A stretch of DNA of 63,822 nt, the filler included, from Stramenopiles sp. TOSAG23-3 (lineage: Eukaryota), in assembly GCA_900128585.1 (NCBI GenBank). It is 6 parts of 6 records of this genome, joined end to end, with 100 filler letters (N's around TTAATTAATTAA, not from the genome) between each part and the next. Parts side by side here need not be neighbours in the genome. Positions count along the whole stretch, not along the records: positions 37,290 to 49,587 come from LT642692.1; positions 49,688 to 61,984 come from LT642693.1; 4 more parts are not named here. One strand, written 5' to 3'. The position numbers and the translations under genes were made by a program. Positions 47,685 through 58,581 of the stretch are shown piece by piece. Under the pieces are notes generated by a model that saw only the letters and a list, made by a program, of their open reading frames with translations, did no database searches and had not been told where the DNA came from. How positions within the stretch are numbered: position 1 is the stretch's first letter; the number at the start of each line of letters is the position of its first letter.

Positions 47685-49519
47685 TCAATTCAGCGAGAGA
47701 GTGGCGGACCGTTCCCTCTGAGACTCAGCCCCGAATTGAGTGGGTCCTGGATTGCAGTACGCTTCTTCAAGCTTCCATTTCTGTAACATTATCCTTAGGT
47801 GTTGAAACGCCTTCCCCTGCTTTACATCCACAACAACTGGACTATATTCCCCACGGCAAGTGTCAAGATTAATGCGCACCAACGCTAGTAATGGAACAAC
47901 TTGAGGGGTCCAATTGTTTTCTACATCACTGGCAGCTAGGTTTCTGATGGTGCAGATCGAGCCAGTCAAATCTTTCCGGCTTAGCGCATAGGCAGCAGTC
48001 CTGCCCAAAGCATTGCCGTACATGCAATCAAACTCGGTCGGAAACCCACAACGAGCTTGGTACCCAAAAAAGTGAGTGAGAGCCCCGAATTTTCCATTGT
48101 ACGTTCCATTGTCGGAACGGCGTTTCATCTCTTTTTTCACTAGGTCAAGCAACAATTTTTCTGTTTCGATCTGGGACAATTCCAAGGTGCCATGAATTTC
48201 ACGCTTCATTATTTTTTCTTGAATAAAACCCGGTAAATACTCAAAAAGCATTCGTTGCCACGGTTTCAAGAGTCGCAACGTTTCCTCCAAGCCAGCGTTG
48301 AGATGCTCAGCACCTATGTTCTTTAGCTCCGTTAGAAGGCTGGCAACTTCAGGAATGAAGGTAAGAAGGCCTTCAGGAATCAGAATTACCCCAAACTGTT
48401 TACCCTGCAGCGATCGTAGACAGACCATGTCCGCAATTTCAGTCACAATCATTGAGAGTGTTTTCTGATTTTCCCAAATGTCTTCGCCAATCAACACTGC
48501 GTTAGGACAACACTGCAGCCCTACTTCAAGGACCATGTGGCTTGGTCTACGGCCCATCATTCTTAAAAAGTAAAAGTACTTCTTGTTGGAGTTGCAATCG
48601 GTTTTCTTCTACGTACTTGTTTATCATGTCCCGGTCTATAGTTGCGGGTATCGCAGTCACCGCAGTAGAGGTACCTTGTGCCAACATGTATTCCGCCAAA
48701 GACAGCGTATCTGACGCGGTGTAAGTCCCACCTACACACACCAAACCATCAAGCGATAATTTGAGACAGGTTGCATTGATTGCTTTTAGCTGCTCTTCCT
48801 TGTACATTTGGTCGACAGACCTTCCAAGCACGTCTACACCACCAGTATTTCGAAAATCTTCAAAAAGTTCCTCCGTAATCTCAACGCACTCCCCTTTGAA
48901 CAGTCCGAGGGTTCCATTTTTGAACCCGTAAAGAACGGCATCCTGGTTCAATAGTTTCAGTGCATTATACAAGCCCTCAACGATGTTGTGGGCGCCAGGG
49001 CAGGGACGCCCGCAGAAAACAACCCCTACACGTTTGCAGGGGGATCCTGCTGCTTTGGCTTCACCAATTCCCAGATTTTCTCCTCCAGTATGCAGCTCAT
49101 ACACGGCGTCACTATTTGTGATTAGGTTTGGATACAGCTTGCTGAACTGCGAAGTAGCAGAATTGTCCACTGGCGTCGTCTCCGTTTGCACAAATCTGAA
49201 AGCGTTGGAATGAAGCACACGTGGACTCTTGACCGCGTGGGCCACCCTGGTGCGAACGAACGGGAGGCTTAACGTCGCTTCCGAATCTCTGTTAGTTCCA
49301 CCAACCTTGTCTCCGACTCTTTGCCGTTTTACAGGACGAGAGTTGCTTTCATTTTCGGACAAACCCCCACGCTGTTCCAGTTCAAGCCTCAGCATAATGC
49401 TTATGTCTGCGGCCCACTTGGTAGCCTCAAACTGGATCGGGCCCGGACTTCGATACTTGTCGTGGAGTTTCCACTGTTCCCTGCTCTTTGCAAACGTCAG
49501 AAACGGCTTCCCGGTCAAG
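47685..49519 (-). CDS. PFP: Pyrophosphate-dependent phosphofructokinase, beta-alpha tandem type; partial (end of first half plus alpha-like second half), with a frameshifting deletion at ~48605
   Basis: First-half end GKPFLTFAKSREQW..YRSPGPIQF; second half GVVFCGRPCPGAHN, FRNTGGVDVLGRS, IPATID, KYFYFLRMMGRRPSH, GVILIPEGL, SQIETEKLL, HFFGYQARC and YCNPGPTQF. Confidence 0.9.
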
Positions 49520-49587
49520 ATTGGTGACGGGGCGATTATTGGGGCAGGTACTGTAGTGACAAAAGATGTCCCTCCGAACACAACAGT
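49511..49587 (+). other. Fragment of a hexapeptide-repeat (left-handed beta-helix) acyltransferase, joined in opposite orientation to the PFK gene
   Basis: Translates PVKIGDGAIIGAGTVVTKDVPPNTT. Confidence 0.75.
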
Positions 49588-49687
49588 NNNNNNNNNNNNN
49601 NNNNNNNNNNNNNNNNNNNNNNNNNNNNNNNTTAATTAATTAANNNNNNNNNNNNNNNNNNNNNNNNNNNNNNNNNNNNNNNNNNNN
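49588..49687. other. Artificial contig linker
   Basis: 44 N + TTAATTAATTAA + 44 N. Confidence 0.98.
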
Positions 49688-49721
49688 GTTGAGCTCCAAG
49701 CACCTCTCCAGCGCCGCCGCC

Positions 49722-52700
49722 ATGGCCACCGGCGCCACGCCTCCCTCCACACGGAAGACCCTCCGGGAGAGGCTGCTGTCGTACTTTACCGCCCATGCGC
49801 CGGGGAAAATATCAACCCTCGACATTTTGGTCGAAAAGGTCGCTGCCGCGAGCGGGTGGGACGAGCAGAGGCTGGCGGCCGCGCTGGAAAGCAGGTACGG
49901 CGAGGCCTTTCGCGTCCCCGCGGGCTTACCCGCCGCCCAGCGGGCCACAGCAAAGCCCGCCGCGGCGATCGGCGCGTTCTTCGACCTGTCCAAGGACGGG
50001 AAGCGGGAGTCGCTGACCGAGGCGCGGACAAGGGAGTTGTTCGAAGGGATCACGCCAACGAACGCGCCGGGGATCACGAAGATTCAGCTGAGCAACAAGA
50101 GCTTCGACGCCCCGTCGGCCCGGGTCGCAGCGGAAAAGCTAACGTTGATGAAGAATTTGAAGTTTGCCGACCTGTCCGACATCATCGCCGGCCGGGAGAC
50201 CTCCATCGGGCTCGAAGTGCTAAACATATTCAGTAAAGCCCTCGTTGAGACCCCGTTGGTGTGGGTGGACCTGAGCGACAACGCCCTGGGGCCCAGGGGC
50301 GTCAACGTCTGCGAGCCCTTGCTCAGCTCGAGCGAAACGTTGGAAGGGATCGCGTTTAAGAACGACGGGTTGTCCGCCGAGGCGTGCGAGGAGATCACGC
50401 GCCTCTTTCTCAAGCTCAGCAGCCCCACCCGTTTGAAAAAGCTTCACTTTTGGAACAACATGAGCGGGGACGGGGGCGCGGTTGCCATTGCGAAGCTTCT
50501 GAAGCAGTCCCCCTACATTGAAGACTTCATGATGGCCACGACCAGGTGCGGGGAGGGCGGCGGGGTCGTGCTCTGCAAAGCCTTGAAGCACTGCACCATG
50601 CTTCACACTGTCGACATGAACGATAACACCTTCAACGTGTCCGGCGCGAAGGAGCTCAGCTTGTCCCTCCTGTCGCTCCCTCGACTGACGGAGCTGAACA
50701 TTGGGGACCTGAATTTCCAGGACGAGGGGATGGCCAAAATATTCAAAGCCCTCGGCGGCGACCACGCATGTCCCCTGCTCGAGCGGCTGCACATCCACTA
50801 CAACGACCTCACCCATCGGCCCCTCCGGCTCCTAGGGCAAGTCTTGAAAGGGAAAGCGAACTTTCAATACTTGAAACTCACGGGGAATGAAATTGGGAAC
50901 AAAGGGACCGGAATTCTGGCGTCGGTCCTCGACGGCTGCGGGGCCGCGCTGAAGCTCAAGGAGCTACACCTTCAAGAGTGCAACATACACGACCGGGGCG
51001 CAAAACACCTGAAGCAGATCATTGCAGGGTCGCCGTCCTTGGCGGTCCTTAACCTCGAAGACAACTTCATCCCTTCGCAGTCCCAAGGCAAGCTCCTTGC
51101 GGCGGCAGCGGGCGCTGGGGCCAAGCTTATCTTTGAAAACAACGAGTCGGAGGAAGAGGACTACGAGAGCGAGGCGGACAGTGATGCGGAGGAGGCCGCC
51201 GGCGACGCGGCCCTGGTGGGAGGTACGCCGGCCATATCGTACGGAAACTTTTCCGAGCATTTCTCGTCCGCACCAGCACCGGCGTTTCCGGCGGCTGGGG
51301 CAACGGCGTCCGCGCCAGCGAAGGGGCTGTTTGGGTTCAACTCGGGGCAGGATAGTGCGTTTGATGCGAGCGCGCTGAAGGCGCTATCCTTTGGCAAGGG
51401 GGCAGGTAGGGCCGATCAGACCAACCTTCGCGACGACCTCATAGCACTCTTTGGGAAGGCCAACCCCTCCAAAATCGCCACCGTCGACATTTTATTGGAA
51501 AAGGCCGCCAAGGCAGGCACGGCGAAGGTGCTCTTAGAAAAAGTCAAAAACAAATACGACGCAGCGCTGCCGAAACCGTCCGCCAAGGACTTTCGAATGC
51601 AGCTAATTGCCTTCTACGAGGCCAACGCCCCGGATAAACTAGTCTCTGTGGATATTGTTCTGGCAAAATTTGCGGGCAGGCACGATGCGCTCGTAAAGTC
51701 GCTGGAAACCAAGTATGGCGCGCCGTTCGCGGGCGCGGCATCGACCGTCCGCGAGCAGCTCATCGATTTGTTCGCAAAGCACAATCCGGCGCGAATACAA
51801 ACCGTGGATATTTTGCTGGAAAAAGCAAAGACCGACGCCACGATAACAGAAAAGGCTTTGGTCGAGCGAGTGGAGAACAAATACGGCCTGCCTGGGGCGC
51901 CAAATACGGCCATGGCCGCAGGCAGTGCGGCCACGGTGTCATCGGAGCAGGGCGTGTTTGACATAAAAGAGGGCGAAAAGCAAGAGTTTGAAACGTTCGA
52001 CGGCGCGGCGAGCATGGAGGAGAGGTTGGGGAAACGCTCGGCACCGCCCCAGCTCGAACGGTGCGGTGTTTTGACGTTGTCGTCAAAAAGTATCGGACCC
52101 GAGGCGATGAGAAGCCTCTGCAAACGCTTCGTAGCCAAGATGCCTAATCTGCACACGTTAAATTTCTGCTGCATAACGCACGACCGCGACCCCTCGAAGG
52201 GGGTTGGCGCCGAGGCATGTGGGATATTGGTCGACACGGTCTTGGCCGGGAAAACGAACAATAGTGGAATCCGATGCGTCGACGTTAGCTCAAACGAGCT
52301 GGGGCCGAATTCTGGTAGGGTGTGGGGGAAGCTCCTTCAAAGCAGCGCTTGTGCGTCTACACTAGAAGAACTCTACGTCAACTGCAAGCACAAATTCCGG
52401 CACTCGTACCCGTTGAGTGCGTGCGAAGACTTGGTCGAGTACACTACGGACGGTGGAAAGAGGTCCGCGCTGCCCCTGAAAGTGCTGGAAATATCCAACC
52501 ACAACCACTCCGAAGAAGGGGACGACGCCGGGGACGAGGCTGCGGGCATATTTTCGCGGTTGCTTCAGTGTTCCCCGTTCCTCCGATCGTTCGTGTACCG
52601 CGCAAACACGTGCAGCGTCAGAGGGTGCGAATCGCTTGCGCAAGGCCTCCGGGCGGCGTCGCGCGCCATTACGTCCTTGGACCTGAGCGACAACTCCATC

Positions 52701-55700
52701 AAAGCAGAGGGCGGAATCGCGTTGTCGAGCCTGCTGAAGGATACAACATGCCTGAAAGTCCTGAAACTCGAAGACACCTCCCTTGGAAACGAAGGGATCC
52801 AACCCATCTTTGGAGCCCTGAAAGACTCGAGCGTTTGCCGTGGGCTCGAAATACTGTCCGTAGCGTTCAATGATATCGACTGCGATGGCCTCGGGGATTT
52901 CGATGCCGTCGTGCGGACCAAGACCTGCCTTTCTGTATTAAATCTGGAGGGAAACCCGCTGAGCTTCGAAGGGGCCGAACTGGTCGCGGAGGCGTTCCGG
53001 GGGAGCCAGTCGGCGCTGGGGGCATCCTTGACGGTGTTGAACTTGTCCGAGTGTGAGCTCACCAACCGTTCGGCGGTTATGATTGGAAAAGTTCTGACGG
53101 ACGGAAAGTTTTTCAAGCGCCTGTCTGCGGTAGAGTTGAACAGCAACAATTTGACGGACGATGGGGTGACGGTAATGAGAGGCCTTATAAACAGCAACCT
53201 CGGCAACGACGAAGCCGTTCTGGGAAGCATGGAGGACAACGAGGACTTGGAAGAAGGCGACGAGGCCGATAAGATCGACAGCGACCTTCTGTCACTATAT
53301 TTGACGGAAGCTAACACGAAAGACGTTGCCGATGTCCCCGACGCGCCAGGCCAAGGTGCGAGCAGTGGGGGAGGCGGCGGCTTTGCGGCCCTCCTTGCAG
53401 CTGCCAGCGGGGCTCCAGGAAGTTGGAAATGCCCGGTGTGTGGTGTTTACAACAAAGAAGATGCAGCGAAGTGCGTGTGCTGCGAAGCCGAAAACCCAAA
53501 CGGTCCTCCCCCAGGGCAGAAAGTAGAGGCGCCAAAGCCTTCCGCCGCATCGCTGTTTCGAAGCGGGAACGACGCGGGAAAGATATCGTTCAGCATGGGA
53601 GCGGCACCAAGCAGTGGGGCGGCCGTCTCGTTTGGAGGCGGCAACGCGGGCGGTGGTGGCGTCACGTTCGGCGCTACGGGCGGTGGTGGCGTCACGTTTG
53701 GTTCTACGGCCGGCGGTACGGGGAATGCCGGCATTACATTCGGGGCAGCTGACAAAGGTGCGAGCGGCGGTGCTGTTACATTTGGGTCCAACGCGTCTAC
53801 GACGGGGGTATCGTTTGGTTCCCAGCCGCCGTCCGACGCGAAGGCTGCTAGTAATGGAATCATGTTTGGGGCAGCCCCTTCTTCAGGCGGTATCAACTTT
53901 GGCACCAAAAACACGGACACAAAAGCGTCTTTTGGGTCCTCTACATCTTCAACGGGGATTTCGTTCGGTACAAAGCCGGAATCTGCAAGCAAAGGATTTT
54001 CATTTGGCGGTGAGAAGTCGAGCGGGTTTTCGTTCGGGGCAATGAAGCCTGCGGAAGCTGGCAAGGAAGACGATGGAGAAGAGGAGGAAGAAGACGAAGA
54101 TTTTGACCCCAACGAGGAGGAAGAATCCGAGGAAGAATCCGAGGAAGAATCCGAGGAAGACTCGGCAGCGAGTGAAGAGGAAGAGACAGAGGATGAGGAA
54201 GAAGAGGAGGCTGAATCAGAAGATACATCCGAGATAAACGTTGGCGAAGGCTCCGAGGAAAAAACGTCCGATGGGGCGTCCTCTTTTGGAGCAGCGTTCG
54301 GGAGCAAGCCTGGACAGAGTTCTGGGTTTTCGTTTGGAAGTGCGCCTGCTGCAACTACTGGGGTTGCATTTGGCAGCAGCCCTGCGACAACTACTGGTGT
54401 TGCATTCGGCAGCACGCCTGTGGCAACTAACGGGGCTTTTGGGGGAGGCAAGCCTGCGGAGAGCTCCGGTTTTTCGTTCGGAAGTGCGCCTGCAGCAACC
54501 ACTGGTGTTGCGTTTGGAAGCAAGCCTCTGACAAACAGTGGCATTGCCTTTGGAAGCAAGCCTGCGACAACTACTGGTGTTGCATTTGGAAGTAGCGACC
54601 CCGCGAAAACTGCCGGGGTTGCCATTGGGAAAACACCTGTGACAACCACTGGGGTTATATTTGGAAGCAAGCCTCTGACAAACAGTGGCATTGCCTTTGG
54701 AAGCAAGCCTGCGACGACTACTGGTGTTGCGTTTGGGAGTACCGCTGCAGCAACTACCGGGGTTGCGTTTGGAAGCAAGCCCGCGACAACTGCTGGGGTT
54801 GCATTTGGAAGCAAAACCGCGACAACTGCCGGGGTTGCGTTTGGAAGCAAAACCGCGACAACTGCCGGGGTTGNNNNNNNNNNNNNNNNNNNNNNNNNNN
54901 NNNNNNNNNNNNNNNNNNNNNNNNNNNTGCCGGTGTTGCATTTGGAAGCAAGCCTGCGACAACTGCCGGGGTTGCGTTTGGAAGCAAGCCTGCCACAACT
55001 ACTGGTATTGCATTTGGGAGTACCGCTGCAGCAACTACCGGAGTTGCATTTGGAAGCAAAACCGCGACAACTACCGGGGTTGCATTTGCAAGCAAGCCTG
55101 CGACAACTGCCGGGGTTGCGTTTGGAAGCAAGCCTGCCACAACTACTGGTGTTGCATTTGGAAGCAAGCCTGCGACAACTGCCGGAGTTGCCTTTGGGAC
55201 TACACCAAAAGTACCGTCTACTTTTACGGAGAAAAAAGTAGACACACCTCCGGGAAGCGGGAAACAGGAAAGCAAGGGAGAGGCAGTGGTGACGACGCCC
55301 AACACAAGCAACGCTGCAGGCGGCGATTTGACAATTTCTTACGGCGACTTTGCAGAACATTTTCAAGACGTAGATTTTGGCGACGTAGATGTGACCCCAA
55401 TAACGAATGGGGACTTGACTGCCACGTCCAACATTTTGGACAAATCGGCGATCCCGTTTAGCTTTACCAAAACAGACGGCGGTGCGGTGGGAAAAGGCAG
55501 CAAGGCCCACCTGAACAAGAAGATTGACGAGCTGTTGCACGCGCACGGGAAATCCCACATCGCAAAGTCTGTGAAAGCCCTGGTCCACCATGGTCCTGGC
55601 GCTGTAGAGACCGGCAGCTTGTCGCCCGCCGTGTCCTCGCCCATTATCGTTCTTCCTGGCTCGCCCCGGACAGGGTCTCGATTGAACAAGCGCATCGTGA

Positions 55701-56056
55701 ATGCGCCATGGGGACCGAAATTGGAGCCCGACGAAAAGCAAAGTGAGAAGGACGTCCGCACCGCAAAATCTTGGTGGCGGCATCGCCCTCGCTCTGAACG
55801 CCGCGCCGCCATAGCCCAGGCACTGCGGATGTGGGCAGGCGCCCGTTTGCCCGTCATGCCAACCTCATCGGTGCACGAACATTCGTTCAAAACCGAAGGC
55901 GCGTACACAGCAAAACGGTTTTTGAAACAGACACGGTTGATGATTTCGACAAAAGATACGGAGTATCTCGGTGCTGTCATATTGGAAACTGCCAATCAAC
56001 TTGGACAGCTCAAATCCCTATTGCCAAGTTGGGGACGCAACATCGTTGGGGTGTAA
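49722..56056 (+). CDS. RANGAP1: Giant RanGAP-like protein: two RanGAP LRR domains, four small helical repeats, RanBP2-type zinc finger and FG-repeat region (~2100 aa; frame offset only across the N gap at 54874-54927)
   Basis: LSNKSF...ADLSDIIAGR...DLSDNALGPRGV...NDGLS...LHFWNNMSGDGGA plus an acidic tail; a second LRR block ending LGSMEDNEDLEE; WKCPVCGVYNKEDAAKCVCC; dozens of xFG motifs. After the gap, frame 54929 runs in frame into 55286-56056. May be 5' truncated. Confidence 0.85.
54330..55200 (+). repeat. ~36-bp coding tandem repeat (GVAFGSKPATTT-like), interrupted by a 54-N scaffold gap
   Basis: Repeated GGTGTTGCATTTGGAAGCAAGCCTGCGACAACTACT variants on both sides of the gap. Confidence 0.9.
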
Positions 56057-56461
56057 ACTTGAAGTAATATTCGCATGAAATGTATAAAATGTTTTGTACA
56101 ACAAACATCCTAATAAATTTATATTTCATTACAATACTTGTATTATTTGAATAGTCTATGTAAACAATGTACCATTAATCTAAAAAAAAGAAGTGAGAAA
56201 AAATAAAATATTATTTGCTTTTTTTTAGAGTGTAGCAGCAATACCAAGTATATCATCATATAACAACGAACACATTATTCAATATTCTTCAATAAAATAT
56301 TAAAGAGAAAACATATTTGCATGTGACGTGAGTGAAGTACAAACGAGTCATGAAGTAAAGTATGACATCATGTTTTAAAATCGATGTTCGTCATTTTGTT
56401 GTGGTTGCTTGGTTGCATCGATTTCATTCATTCGATTCATTTCAATTACGCTTTCTTTCGT

Positions 56462-56481
56462 TCTCTCCCTCTCTCTTTCTT

Positions 56482-56513
<32 letters not shown>

Positions 56514-56522
56514 TGTGTGTGT
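56462..56522. repeat. Compound (CT)n(GT)n microsatellite
   Basis: Direct reading; ends 24 bp before the ATG at 56546. Confidence 0.9.
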
Positions 56523-56545
56523 TTGTGTCTTTGTACTGAACGAGA

Positions 56546-57052
56546 ATGGAGTTGGCGTCGCGTGCTGTTTTAATCGTTTTTGCAATGCAAGCGATGGTTG
56601 GTGATGCCTCAAGAAACCATCATCTTCCCGCCCCAAAAGATGGGGATGCCCACTGGTCACACGACAAATCCGTCATGGTGGCCTGCGGGCACGAGGGGCT
56701 GGTGGACATATGCCGAGGAGTCCTGGAAGATGGCGACGATATCTATGGAGGGCATGCGTGCTGCGGACGTGGGGGCGGTCCGTTCCGGGCACGTGTCCAT
56801 CCCCACGGAAGGCCAATTGAGTACACCCCGAACTGGGCGGACCCGATCGCCCACGACCACGACAAAGGTTTGACAGCGTTGCACCGTGCGGCAGCGCACG
56901 GGCACCTGGATATTGTAAACTTCTTGTTAAATGCTGGATGGACGAACGACCAGCGGGCAGAGAATGGTGAGCTGCCGAGCGACGCGGCCCGGCGGAACGG
57001 GCACGTCCGGCTTGCGGAAGGATTGGAAGAGCTGTACAAAGAGGAGTTGTAG
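56546..57052 (+). CDS. Small ankyrin-repeat protein with signal-like N-terminus
   Basis: GLTALHRAAAHGHLDIVNFLLNAG, GELPSDAARRNGH and ACGHEGLVDICRGVLEDG. Confidence 0.85.
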   Translation: MELASRAVLIVFAMQAMVGDASRNHHLPAPKDGDAHWSHDKSVMVACGHEGLVDICRGVLEDGDDIYGGHACCGRGGGPFRARVHPHGRPIEYTPNWADPIAHDHDKGLTALHRAAAHGHLDIVNFLLNAGWTNDQRAENGELPSDAARRNGHVRLAEGLEELYKEEL

Positions 57053-57156
57053 TAAATTTTTAAATTGTAAATCTTACCCTGACGCGCGATACTTGTTTTG
57101 TACTTTATACATGTTTCTCTCTGGTACTTCCACTTTCGTCCTCCCGGTCCGGCTAG

Positions 57157-58185
57157 TCAGGAGCAAAACCCTTCAAAGAGGCGCTGCCGGCGTGCCTTTG
57201 TCCGGGTGACCCGGTACGACAGACAAGGCATTTGTACCTTTTCGTTCTTCTGGATCGGCTTCCACCGGGGGCTGTGGGGTCCGTAGCGTGCCCCCTCTGT
57301 GCAAGGGTCTAAGAGAATCTTCACATCTTCGGACGCCCCGCACTTAATTGTCCGCTCCTTTCGCTCTAGTGCCTCCATAAGTTGGTGCATGTTGGCCGCG
57401 TTGGCAATGTAATCTGCCTGCTCCCGCTTTGTCATGGTGCGAAACTTCGGATGAAGCTTTCTGGTGTCTACGGGGGAATGGTCAAGGAATTCGTGGGCCA
57501 GAAGACGCTTCCCAAGGGCCATTCTATGCCGCAAGCGGCGCTTCAACCGTTTCCCCATGATTGGGTTCAGCAGGTCGTCTACCGTCGCCCCTTCGGCGCG
57601 TAGAATCAGGTTCGACAACCGCGCCTCAGTCTCGTCGACGTTCCCATCCCCGTCAAAGTCAATCCCAACCGATTCGTTCATGGCCTTTCGTTTCGCCCTC
57701 AACTTTTCCAGCGTGGTCGGTTGTTGGGCAAGGTCGTACTCCGGCTTCCAGCACGGCGTAAACGCCCGTGGGGGTACGCCTAGACTCCCCGGGGGAGCCC
57801 TTGGCGAGACATAATTGCACGTCGTTCCACGAGTGGCGTAGCTCCCCCATCGCGGTTTTCGCTTCAGCTTCGTCAACTCTTGTTTCTCCGCAACGCCGAC
57901 GTGGTCGTGAAGGTGCGTGGTGTTCCACCCCTTGTTGGCAACTCTCCACGTCGATTGTCGCCGTTTCGAGAACCTCATCCCGGCGTTCGTTTTGTTCCAT
58001 GCCGCCCCCTTCTCATACGCCGCCTTTTTCGCCACGTCAACGTCTTCACTCATTGCAAGCATCCCTGTATTTCGATTGTGCCATTGTTTCCGGGGGGACA
58101 CGGGGTTCAACGGACCGACGGATCGTGGCGGCGGTGGTTTTGGAGGTGCCCGCGGCGACTTTCGACTGACCCGACGCGTTGGCAT
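57157..58185 (-). CDS. Basic hypothetical protein with a single EF-hand-like loop
   Basis: ATG at 58185; DFDGDGNVDETE; Arg/Lys/Pro-rich. Confidence 0.65.
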   Translation of the reverse strand: MPTRRVSRKSPRAPPKPPPPRSVGPLNPVSPRKQWHNRNTGMLAMSEDVDVAKKAAYEKGAAWNKTNAGMRFSKRRQSTWRVANKGWNTTHLHDHVGVAEKQELTKLKRKPRWGSYATRGTTCNYVSPRAPPGSLGVPPRAFTPCWKPEYDLAQQPTTLEKLRAKRKAMNESVGIDFDGDGNVDETEARLSNLILRAEGATVDDLLNPIMGKRLKRRLRHRMALGKRLLAHEFLDHSPVDTRKLHPKFRTMTKREQADYIANAANMHQLMEALERKERTIKCGASEDVKILLDPCTEGARYGPHSPRWKPIQKNEKVQMPCLSYRVTRTKARRQRLFEGFCS

Positions 58186-58581
58186 GATCAAACGATGGAG
58201 CAAACGAAATGGTTTTGAAACAGGGAAAAGTTTGTGTCTAAATCGAGTGGTGGTGGTGGTGGTTTTGATTTGAAAAACGATTGATCGTTGGTTCAATGTC
58301 AACTTGCATATAAGAGTATACAAATTATGCCCAGTTCCTTTTTTTGTTTTGGTGGTGTGAGTGAGTCAAATCAGTTTTAACGGACAAAGATATTTATATA
58401 GGAATTGTAATAGTATACTAATTAGAATAAAAGTATAACCATAGAAAAAAAAGATAATAATAATAATAAATTATTATTATGGATTATTGAATTGATGCTC
58501 TTCTACGATCCATCCTTCCGTTCTTCGTGACGTTTCTTCAACTTTGTGTACTTTTCTCTTTCCTTTCTATAGAGGGACAAT

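Noticed and set aside
54330..55200. 36-bp repeats as a CRISPR array
   Set aside because: Head-to-tail in-frame coding repeats with synonymous variation, no unique spacers and no cas genes.
54928..55241. Leu/Gln-rich C-terminus (LHLEASLRQLPG repeats) of the 1850-aa ORF
   Set aside because: Wrong frame caused by the estimated N-gap length; frame 54929 continues the FG repeats to the stop at 56056.
53447..55783. 778-aa minus-strand ORF
   Set aside because: Antisense shadow of the FG-repeat coding region.
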